This document shows positions 50,415 to 62,000 of a DNA stretch of 64,000 bases, piece by piece. Numbering within the stretch: position 1 is the stretch's first letter; the number at the start of each line of letters is the position of its first letter. The stretch is from Trichoplax sp. H2 (taxonomy: Eukaryota), in assembly GCA_003344405.1 (NCBI GenBank), contig NOWV01000164.1, positions 62,001-126,000 of the forward strand, written 5' to 3'. Under the pieces are notes generated by a model. It had not been told where the DNA came from. It made no database searches and worked only from the letters and a program-made list of their open reading frames with translations. A program made the translations under genes and the position numbers.

Positions 50415-53400
50415 ATGGCTCATCAAAATAACTGCTTCTATGCTAAATCAAATCCATATTTTCCAGCCGACGCTGAAGTAACATCTAGGTAGGACAAATT
50501 TGATATATCGCTATATTATATAATTACTTTACAGTAGAATAAATATTGCAGTATACTTTAAAGATATGAATCTATCCTATAAGTATAATAGTTAGTTTTT
50601 TAAAGCAGTAAGATGTTACCATGAGTCTTTATAATATCTATTTCACATTACATATTTCAGTAAAGTTTGTGCGTAAATAAAACTTCGATGGTTACATTTT
50701 TCAAAAGAAGAAGATATTGTCATGAATCAAACTTAATATTTGTATTTTTTAAATTAGCGGGCAAAAGAATCTGAAAGATGCTTATAGCTACACTTTTCCA
50801 AGGCCAATAACTGTAAATAGCAATGTAATCATGTACGATAATAATCCAGGGCAACAGCAGTATAATCAATTATATCCATATGGTAATTGTCAGGGATTAG
50901 AAATAATTCCTAATCAATCAAATATCACGCTACCAGAAAGACAGGAAGAAGTACTTAATCAAAACGATTATATCGTAAGCTAACATGAATGAATAAAAAT
51001 TAAAATATTGCAGCAAATTCAACAACTATTGAAGATAAAAAATTGATTATATACCTCTTTTCGCCTGGACAGTTCCGTAGTTCGCCATTCAGGCTTATAA
51101 TAGTACAGTATATAGCGACAGTAACTACAATCAACATACTGATATTATTTATATTTGATAAATGCGTAATATTATATAAATGAATTCAATTTTAACACTG
51201 CCATTAGCCTCTTCTCCAAAGTTGCATCTCTACTGTCGCAAAGATAGATTTAACTATTACATTTGCTATCATATCAACGATCATACTGTAAATCATATCG
51301 TATCTTGGATTATGTAGACACCGCTTCCCTCTAATGATATCGAAGTCTCTACATCTAATCAGAACATGGGCCTCCATCAATATTATTATACTAAATCAGC
51401 AGAATCATATCAAGCTGATACTTTGTCTTATTCATGCTATAATAACCGTAATTATGGTAACGATGATGATGGCGAAGACGACGATGAAGATGATATGGAC
51501 GATAATAGTGGAGGAAATGAAGACGATGAAGATGACGATGATGATGATGACGAGGATGATGATAACGATAATGATAATGATCATAATAATGATAACGAAT
51601 TGATTCAATCAACTAGTTTGCTAGTTAACATGGATCAGCATAGTCCTATTGAGATGTCAGCGCTTGGCCAATCTTTCCGCTGTGATAAGTGCGGTTCGCC
51701 CTACGTTGTTGACCCAAATCGACGCGGTAATCGAAAGAAAAAATCCAAGCACATGGCATGTCCCAGGCGGAAGTTGGACCCGCAAACCAATAAAATATTA
51801 ACATTATGCAACGCCTGTGGTAAGCTTCTACTTTATCCTCCTATTTAGATAAGCATTTGTAATAAACATTAAAAATTTATTCTTAATGAATTACATCAAA
51901 ATGTACATCTTATATTACTATAAATTATAGTTTAGGTAGAAGTGAATTTCTCATTTGATTTAATGTAATAAGATACTAATGATTACTGCATCGAATGATG
52001 TGATATTACAGGTTTGGCGTTTAGTCGGAGTAAAAAAGCAAAACCGAATCCATCGCCACCATCATTAGAAATGAAATTAGAATATCTAAAAGAAGCTAAA
52101 CAATTTACTTCGCGCTTAATTGAGAAGTTTGGTGATCAAGATGGTACGTTTAGTAATTTAGTGTCATCATTTCAATGTTTCAACTCTTAATCCAACGATA
52201 GACAATATTACAGAATCTTTAAAATTACAAGTATCTTATAAGAAGCATAAGGTCTTAGATAAAATTTAAAATCATTTCTCATAAAATAGACTTAAATTTA
52301 GCAGACATTCACAGTAATCCTAAGTAAAATTTTATATTATAGCGGAAAGATTAAGTTGCCCCAACTTTAAAAAGCATGGATGTGGCTGTCTCCAAAAATA
52401 TATTACCGATCAAAGTCAAAATGAATCAGAAACTCGTGTACGCCAATTACTTCATTTAATTAAACAAGCTAAAATTTTACGCCAACAAAAGTGCTATGGT
52501 TTCCCAAACAGTAACGGGATCAATATCAATTCCACCAAATCAAAGATGTAAGACGACAAGACTAATTTGCTTTTTCATAACATAATAACATGACATGTAT
52601 AAAATAGGTACAAACATCTATTGCATGTCTGACTCGGGATAATTTGTGTACGTCTTCTTGAAAATTTAGTAAAGTCGGTCTTGGAAATGGACATCGAAAA
52701 TCTAAAGCATTTGAAGAATTTGTTTTAACCCAACGTAAAATTTTACGGGAAGAATACAATCTATGCGAACGAGCAACACAGAAAATCTTAATTTATTCCA
52801 ACAATTTCTTACATAAGAAATTAAAAACAGATCCTAACGTAAGCCAAAGCAATTAATATATCATTTATTATAAAGAATATTGTATTTTGAACATGACGAT
52901 AATTACTTTTTATCGATGTTTTTATCAGCAACGTTCAAGAATAACACGAAGGAAAGGAAAAGCTGCTTTAGGAAAATTAAAGCCCATTCAAGATTTAGCT
53001 AATGAAAATTGTTGCATTGACAACTGTATTAAGGTACTGGAAATTAATGGATTTTTCTCGTAAAGTATGATAATAATACCTATAGTACATAACAGTAACG
53101 AGCCTGATTTTATGAAAAATAAGAGATCGACTGAACTGAAAGATCTTATAAGGGACATGATCTTAATTCTGTTGTAGATTGCTAAAACTCATGCTAAATT
53201 ACTAGAAGAATGGCGAGAACGAGCAACGTCTGGACAAGAAGAAGCAAGACGCGTCTTAGCTGAAATGTTAACGCCAGCTGGAGGAAGTAGAACAAATTGC
53301 TATCGATTTATATCATGGATAACAGGTAAATGCCAATGCCTGTAGTTTAGTAATTTGTATTGGCCTAGTCATCAAGCGTCAATAACAAGTCAAAAAATCA

Positions 53401-54022
53401 ACACGGTAGCGTAAAATTTTCGAGTCTTCATCACTTATGATCTCTGTATTATTATTATTTAGGATGTAGCCATAGTACAATTAGTCGTGTAAACGAACAG
53501 ATGAAGAAAACTGGAGGTAGTCGGGAGCCTCCACAACACGGATTAAAACAGTGGTGGAGAAAACATGGCCAACCTAGAAAATCTTGTAAACCGCAAGAAA
53601 GATCAGAACAAATGGTGGACAAGACTACAAAATCAGTAAACTATTCACAATCATTTTACCAGCAAAACCTTTACTCGTCACCACCCATAACCAAAACAGA
53701 AAGTTTTTCATCATGTAGTCAACATCCACAAGCTATCGCTGACCCTAGCCAATTAGTGGATACATCTCAATACGAACAAGACAATCAAAAACTAATGGAA
53801 ATTAATTCACAATGGAATAGCTTTCGATCCCAACAGAATAATAACGTTAATTCTAGAAATCATTGTCATAATACGCAAGTTATGCCCAATATGACAACAA
53901 ATGCAGCTGTTTACAATATCCTTCCATCAGATCAGTACAATGACCAACAATTTACCCTTAACGATTCAACACAGTTGCTCCATTCTGCTACCGAAAATAA
54001 TAACCCCCAATACAGTTATTAG
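50415..54022 (+). CDS. Uncharacterised 9-exon protein: poly-Asp/Glu tract, atypical GATA-like Cys4 finger, Cys-containing basic domains and a Gln/Asn/Ser-rich tail; probable nuclear DNA-binding protein
   Basis: Frame-compatible GT-AG exons approx. 50415-50488, 50758-50975, 51319-51819, 52012-52143, 52342-52547, 52670-52838, 52929-53032, 53179-53325, 53463-54022. Encodes CDKC...TLCNAC|GLAFSR and GCSHSTISRV...PPQHGLKQWW. Confidence 0.8.
51454..51597 (+). repeat. Coding GAT/GAC/AAT trinucleotide-rich low-complexity tract (poly-Asp/Asn)
   Basis: GATGATGATGGCGAAGACGACGATGAAGATGAT...GATAATGATAATGAT translates as NDDDGEDDDEDDMDDN...EDDEDDDDDDDEDDDNDNDND. Confidence 0.9.
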
Positions 54023-54813
54023 AATGATTGCTTATATATATTCACTAATTCTATTTTACTAGTGTTAAAACAAGAAATAAACTGTTTACATTTCTTAAAT
54101 AGACTATTTGGTAATTGAATAATTCAAATCTCACTCATGGTACACACAGTGAAACTTGCGAGAATTATGAAATATGTGGGAGATACAATGTACTATCAAA
54201 AGTTTCCTACTGTAGTTATTATTCACTAACGGTTAGGACAATTAGGCATATACTACAACTATTGTAGTAATATCTTAATGATTTTTAACATCGGACAGTC
54301 ATATGCTATGAACGCTTTATTACAGGCTTATATCACGCGGACCAATTTATACATACGATATTTAACGAAATACCATGATCATGCATATTTAAAATGTAGC
54401 ATGTTCAACAATAATCAATACATGTATAAGATTATAATCGCACTGCGATAAAATAAAAATTTAGATCAATGAGAAGTAGTTCAAATTTCTTAAGTAGTAA
54501 ATAGACTGCCAATTTTAGCTTCTTTGGATGAAAATAAGTACCAAATACATTAGAAATAACAATTTGTATCTTTATAATAATAGCATCAAGTTGAATATCA
54601 AATATAAAATCGAACAAAGAATAAAGCTTTGAAAAGATATATAGCACGATAGTCAAAGTAGGTGTATCAATTTTTTCAATTAGGAGGAATATAATCCTAA
54701 GCATAAGATTCGATATCAAATCTGATAAACATGAGATATTTTGTAACAGGCTTTTTCACTCGTTTCGCATGCAGTACTCACATTTTACTCGAATCTATGT
54801 TATCTTCAATTAG

Positions 54814-57811
54814 TTATAAAAATGTAGTCAATATACTGATCACCAGTAAAATAGATAAAGTCAAGAGAACATAGATAGCTGAAGCTATTTGCTTTGTTTC
54901 ATATGGATTATAAGATAGTGCCTATAGAATAAATTAAAACATCATAATCAAGATAGGGTAGGTATACTCAGCCATCTAAGAGTCTTTGTATATCCACATC
55001 TAATTTGAGCGTAATACTCGCATAGTATAGCGTATTAGTAATTTGAGTATTCGAATTTAAAACTTGATCTCTTTTCTTGCGCTATGATTAAAAGTAACTT
55101 ACTTCGATGAGCGGAAATTGAGTAGAATATTGTTGCCTTGCTTCGTAATGATCGTTCTGGGATGTTAATAAGATGTCCTGACTGAAAAGTAAACAAAAAG
55201 AATATCATTGTTCAGATAGTAACAGTATCTATCCAACGTCATTCTCATTACCTAAGTTCTTTACTCCTATCAACACTAACAGAAACATTTACAATTTCAA
55301 TGTTTCTAACACTTCCAAAGAAATCTGTAATGGGAACCTGCAAATTGACACCAAGAGTATAAAATGGTTTATATAATGACCGTTTTCGAAATAATCGTGG
55401 CATTAACTTTTGCTTATTTAAATTAATTTAACCTTAGTGAGATCTCTTTTATATAGATCAGTTCGTATCTTGGTGGTTGACATTACCAGAGATCTATCAA
55501 AGGACTGCAGCTTTTAAAGAAAACGTAAATTATTAGCTAAACAATTTTCAGCTATGTCTCAAACTCCCGGTAGCATCTATAAATGAGCTTGTGATACGTA
55601 CTAAATAATGCATTTTGTCTTTGCTGGTTGGTTTAACTCTTTCAAGATACGACAGCGTATAATATGTCCAACTATCAATTACGGCAACGCCAATTTCAGG
55701 ATCATGATGATGCTATATAATAAATGATCAATTAAATTTGTTATATCAAATTTTTTCATTCGTATGAGTTATATCAAGCTTAGATTAAAACAAAACAGTA
55801 ACAAGTACGCACGTTGAAAAGTTTACAGTTGATACTCATTAATATGCAGTAACTATAGTATAAAATGCCGTGGATAATATAATGAATTGAGCGATAGTAA
55901 AAAGGCATTACCGAGTGAGAGTCTTCTCCAACGTGACTACTGGCAACACCCAAGATGTTAGGTGAATAAAATTTTTCAAGCATAGATGCAGCTTGACAAG
56001 TATCGATAGCAAAAAAGATTTCATGATAGCTATATTGAGGATGCATGTAGAAATTTTTGAACTAATCAAAAAAAGTTAAACAGGGTAAAAACTCATCTAT
56101 CACCACATCTTATCTACCGTCGTTTTTGCCACATCTGTTCGAATGCGTTCGCTAATTCAACATCACTGATTTCTTCGGCATCTTGAAATTTTAAGAATCC
56201 ATTGCCTCCATGACCAGTCATATAAACTAATACATTACTACGTTCATCTGTTAGTAGCCTCTTCGATCTAGGTACACTATCAGGCAGTCGACCTTTAAGG
56301 ATAACGTTAAGAACATAGATAAGTACATTAATAAGGTAATTTATTTGCGGCTAAGAATACATGCAGCTAATTTAAAAATTTTATTATCGGTGTTGTTAAA
56401 AGTGTAGTAAAGCCATTTACCGGTTAAAACTCGAACTAAGTTCTCCACGGTGACCTAACGTACAGGATGAAAGATTGTATACTCAGCTTCGACTTGCTAT
56501 ATTAACGCAGATCTTGGTGAGTAAAAAATATTTGATAGGCTTACCTCATAGCCTCTATAATCAACCTCAATGTCGTCCCCATAAACGTTAATCTGTTGAT
56601 TGGCATTATTATATACAGTACCTACCCCGATAATGCAAATATACCTTTGTTACGATTATTTTCCTAACGTATAAATTCTTTAACAAATGTTCAATTTTGC
56701 GTCTAGTATATGCGTCTAATACTCGTATAGCATGAAATTCATACTAAAATTGGAAATGGTACATTACTTAACATTGGTAATAGTAAATATCAATTTTCAA
56801 GTATCTTGCACTTTTAAATATGTCTATTACATCCAATAATTTTTTTGAGATATGATCTAAGTCATTAATGTTTCATTTCTTACATATCTACTTGTACAAG
56901 CGCAACATTTAATAACATTTATAGAAAGTATAATATCGTGCTCAAGTCCAATTTAGCCAAGTAAAAATCCTGTTACAAGCTCTACATAATTTGCACCTGA
57001 CTTGGAGTTTCTAGGATCACAAGCAACATCATCAGCGAGCATGAGGATAATTTGGCTAATATATGAGAATAATTTAATAGAAAAAAGTTTAAATGCAATT
57101 AGTCGATACAAAATAAGCGCACAAAGTATTTATTAGGGTACAGTAGGGAAACACACTAGAATATGTTGAAAGATGTCCTTCCGTAGACGTAATTATACGA
57201 TAGTATGTACGAGTTTACACCAGTGCACAGGCAAATCAAGGTTGTAGTAAGACAAGATTTCTATCATCTAATCGATTTAAATTAGCTATACCTGATATTA
57301 TAATTCAGAAGTTAATTTACGTTGCATAAACAATAAGTTGATGACTGAGTAGTCAGCTAGAGTAAGAAAACATTAAAGAACTGTCGATTGCAATAGCTTT
57401 GCTAGACTGGAATTGTTCCTTGTATGTACTATGTGTTACATACCTATCTGGAATACCCAAACGTTTAACACTGCGATAGATGGATAATGTATTTGCAATA
57501 TGACGATAGTTAAACCAATAGCGCGAAGTACACACCTTGAAAATATGTAAGTACTGGTTAGAATGTGAATTTACGTTTAAGCTGAAAGTTTGATTTGTAG
57601 CAAGACAGCTGAAAGGTGAGCACTATCCATTCAATTTACGTCTTACCAAAACAGCCCAATTATTAGTATGTCCTCTTTTAAAGAATTGTTCTTGACTTTC
57701 TATAGCATAGGAGGACGTTATTAAGACTAAAGCGATGATAAAATACAACTTGAATAAGCGATAGCTGCATTTAGCAGCCATTTCATTCATTGGCTTGTTA
57801 GCAGTTGTCAT
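54814..57811 (-). CDS. PIGK: GPI-anchor transamidase catalytic subunit (GPI8; legumain-like peptidase C13)
   Basis: Multi-exon: signal peptide, [73 protein letters not shown], catalytic [15 protein letters not shown] and IDTCQAASM, then a C-terminal TM ([20 protein letters not shown], stop at 54816-54814). Confidence 0.95.
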
Positions 57812-57846
57812 GGATTAATTAATGAATAGCCTGAATAGGAGGAGAT

Positions 57847-58267
57847 ATCTTCCTATTTATTGTGGTTGAACGTGGTCCAATCCCTTCTCCACGATAAGAA
57901 AATGTTTTTACATTAAGAAATCTCTATCACGATTCCTTCTATTACTGTGTTGAATGTAGAAGAAGTGGCTTTTAATGATTAATTGGATAAAACTGAAAAT
58001 TGCCGAGGTCCAATTGGGTTTTCTTTTGCGAATTTCTTAGGCTCTGTGAGCCCGAATTGGAGCAGAAATCTTCCTATTTGTTGTTGTTGTTGAACGTGGT
58101 CCAATCCCTTCTCCACGATAAGCAAATGCTTTTACATTAAGAAATCTCTATCACGATTCCTTCTATTGCTGTACTGTATGTAGAAGAAGTGGTTTTTAAT
58201 GATTAATTGGATAAAACTGAAAATTGCCGAGGTCCAATTGGGTTTTCTTTTGCGAATTTCTTAGGCT
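57847..58267. repeat. Two near-identical ~200-bp direct repeats (57847-58043 and 58068-58267) just upstream of PIGK
   Basis: ATCTTCCTATTT...TTGAACGTGGTCCAATCCCTTCTCCACGATAAG...GGATAAAACTGAAAATTGCCGAGGTCCAATTGGGTTTTCTTTTGCGAATTTCTTAGGCT occurs twice with few substitutions. Confidence 0.95.
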
Positions 58268-58394
58268 AAGCCTGCATGAGCTGGCATGAGCTGGCATGAG
58301 CAGGAACATTGAGCACCCACTGTACTGCACACTGAGTGTACCGTGTACAGAAGGATAGCAGTAGAATATCCATTGAAGGTGCAACTTACCATGT

Positions 58395-58812
58395 ATTATA
58401 CTAAAGTGCAAAGTACTGTATTATACAGTAAATAATTAGTGTGACGATAGCACGCATGCTCTACCTTAGCACGTTGTCCGTCCGTCAGTATGGTACGATG
58501 TGGTAGAATACAGTATATCTATTATACTGAAGTGCAAAGTACTGTATTATACTGTACACTGTACTGTACAGTACAGTAAATAATCAGTGCCGATAGCACG
58601 CATGCTCTACCTTAGCATACTGTCCATCCGTCAGCACGGTACGATGTGGTAGAGTACTGTATGTACTGTATGTACAGTATTATACTGAAGTGCAAAGTAC
58701 TGTATTATACAGTAAATAATCAGTGTGCCGATAACACGCATGCTCTACCTTAGCATTCTGTCTGCCCGTCCGTGTGGTGCGATGTGCTACAGTACAATAC
58801 GATGTGGTACAG
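58395..58812. repeat. Three tandem ~125-160-bp units (starting ~58395, ~58520, ~58678)
   Basis: TATTATACT(A/G)AAGTGCAAAGTACTGTATTATAC...GTAAATAAT...GATA(G/A)CACGCATGCTCTACCTTAGCA...TACGATGTGGTA is repeated three times. Confidence 0.9.
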
Positions 58813-59014
58813 GACAGTACAGTATTCAGTACACTAAAACACCCCTGAATGGGCTGTAGACAGGACGACTGCATGCTGGACAGTACTGAAGCAGAGGGGG
58901 AAAATGCGCTAATCAACTGGCTTGAAACTCTCATCTGCTCGCTTTTCCTCCATTGGCATTGGCATTGGCATCTTGAAAGAAAATTGATACATGAAATTGC
59001 AAAATTGATTCATA

Positions 59015-62000
59015 ATGCCAGTGGTTGTACCGTCTTCTAAAGTCCAGGACATGGTCCTGGTAAGTGTATGATTTATTATTCAGAGGATGAGAGAGTGAAG
59101 AATAACTGTAGTGAGATGGTAGAAACGACAAGGGGAAAAAAGCTTTTGCTTGCCATGTTGGCTAAATAGCTCTTTCTGTATTGTTCGTTTTGCAGGAAGA
59201 ATCGGATATTGCTTTCGAAGAGGAAATTTTACGCAATCCTTATTCGGTGAAATTTTGGATGCGTTATATTGAACATAAAGCCAACTCACCTAAACAAGTC
59301 ATCAATTTAATACACGAACGGGCATTAAAAGAACTCCCTGGCAGGTTAGTACCACATCAGAATGCAATACTCTTGTTCTTGTTTTTCTTCTTGTCCATCC
59401 AGCTTCATACTCTACCTCCATGATGATCTTGGTCTACATGACGATGGAATAGTTTATTCATTTCTTGCCAGTGTGTATTTCTCATACTTGCTACTAAATG
59501 ACAATCTTATTTAAAAAAAAAACATTCTTTTTTCTCCTCTACGCGTCTCTTTAGCTATAAATTGTGGTATAATTATCTAAAATTAAGAAGGAAACAAATT
59601 CGAGGAAAGTATGTATCTTAAATGATAATTCATTCACCTTAATTATTCTTGCATAGATCGGATTAATTTATCCGCCAACATGCATTAATCTATACCTTCC
59701 ATGTTAGAAGGATCCAACTTTTTAAATTTTTACTTATATATATATATCATGCTCTATTATAACTTGTATTGGCTTAGATGCATCAATGATCCTGCATATC
59801 AAGATGTTAACAATACTTATGAACGAGCTCTCGTATTCATGCACAAGGTATGTATCGGTTCAATCGGCTACAATAAATTCCTATTTGCCTAATTTGTTTG
59901 TATCACCGCTTTATTATGCAACGATCAAAGTAGACAAATGTACTCTTTACTGTATTTAGTAATGAAATGAATAAATCAATTGAGTACTTCTTTCCATACG
60001 TTGTAATACAGATGCCTCGTCTATGGATCGATTACTGCCAATTCTTAGTAGATCAAAAATTTGTATCCAGAGCACGTCGCACCTTTGATCGAGCTTTGCA
60101 AGCTTTACCAATAACCCAACATCATCGGATATGGCCATTGTACCTAAAATTCGTTCGATCCAGTGGTATCCCAGAAACTTCTGTTCGAGTGTATCGACGC
60201 TATATCAAAGTTAGTATACACTGATTTTATTATCTATTTATTCGTGATCCGATAAAATCGTTATCTCACATTCAAACATGCTAATAATTAATAATTGCTA
60301 TCAGCTGTGTCCGGAAAATTCGGAAGAATTTATAGAATATTTACTATCGATTGATAGAATTGATGAAGCTGCTGGTAAACTTGCTGAATTAGTAAATAGT
60401 GTAAGTCGATACAGTCAGATAAAATTCAACAAGAGTAAATCTGTATTTAGAAATAACCGGATATGCAATTAATATTTTCTCTTCCATAGGAGAGTTTTGT
60501 ATCAAAAGAAGGCAAATCCAAGCATCAGGTTGATAAACTAATGAATAAATTTACATTTTATACTTAGTTTAAGCTTTTACTACACAACATTATTGACGTG
60601 ATACCTTCTAACTACTGTACTATAATTATGTTAGATGTGGCAAGAATTATGCACACTAATTTCTAAAAATCCAGATCAGGTAATCTGAATGAATGATATT
60701 CCAAATGATACAACCATAAAAATTGTCTAAAACTGAAAATTAAGTATTGGATAATTTATCTTTCTCTTACTAGATAAAATCCATTAAAGTAGATGCTATT
60801 ATTCGCGGTGGATTGAAAAGATTTTCCGATATGGTCGGTCAATTATGGAATTCCCTGGCCGATTTCTACATTAGAAGTGGACATTTTGAAAAAGCTCGAG
60901 ATGTTTATGAAGAAGCGATCCAAACTGTTAATACAGTTAGGGACTTTGGACAGGTGTCAACTAATTTTAACTGATCCTCCATAACCTTTGCCCTTTAATA
61001 ACATTCTAATACCGATCTGTCCATATCACATCTCAGGTATTTGATGCATACGCACAATTTGAGGAAGGTATGCTCAATGCAAAAATGGAAGCCACGGCTG
61101 AATTAGGACCCTCTACTGACGGTAAATTTACTTTTATCCTTTGTAATTGCTATGTAAATTTTAACTAAATATTATTTCATATTGATACTTCAGACGATAT
61201 TGATATCGAATTAAGACTGATGAGATATGAAGAGCTTATCGACAGGAGACCTATACTTCTCAACAGGTCCATCGTGACTACAAAATATGCTGCCTGCGGA
61301 GTTTTACATCGTTTTAATTTATGAATATTTTTTTCACGTTATAGCGTTTTATTACGGCAAAATCCTCATAATGTTCATGAATGGCACAAGAGAGTTCAGT
61401 TGTTCGAAGGAAGCCCTCAAGATGTAATTGTGTAAATAGATCAAAATTTTACGTATTAATAACTATACTCCTTACATTTTGATGCTACAATCGACAGGTA
61501 ATAAAGACATTTACAGCTGCTGTGCAAACGGTTAGTCCTACTGAGGCATCTGGTAAGCCACATACTTTATGGGTAGCTTTTGCTCGGTTTTACGAAGATA
61601 ATGATCAATTACCTGAGGTATTTCTTGAAATATTTATCATTATAATTTGATTGAGTATGGTTAATTAATATTCGTAGAGTTTAAATCATTATGCGAAATT
61701 AATTCTTACTACTCTCGATTTGGACCAAAAGGCACGTATTATTTTTCAAAAAGCAACAAAAGTTCCCTTCAAATATGTTGATGACTTAGCTGCCGTGTGG
61801 TGCGAATTTGCTGAAATGGAATTAAGGCATAAGTAAGTTTTAGGAGTTACGCAAACTTTTGATTTTATTTTTTTAAACTTTAGATCATGTATATAAAAAT
61901 AACTTCAATATGTCAATTACTTTTAGAAATTATGATAAAGCACTCGATGTATTACGTAAGGCAACTGCCGTACCTTCACGGCGTGCAGAGTACTTCGATG

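Larger units (their letters stand above)
57812..59014. promoter_or_regulatory. Putative bidirectional promoter region between divergent PIGK and XAB2
   Basis: The two start codons face away from each other ~1.2 kb apart. Inferred from geometry only; no TSS is visible. Confidence 0.55.

Noticed and set aside
51334-51612. Met-rich and His-rich ORFs
   Set aside because: These are alternative-frame and antisense shadows of the poly-Asp codon tract.
57847-58812. CRISPR-like array or transposon ends
   Set aside because: Eukaryotic context, long degenerate tandem units with no unique spacers, and no TIR/TSD or transposase visible.
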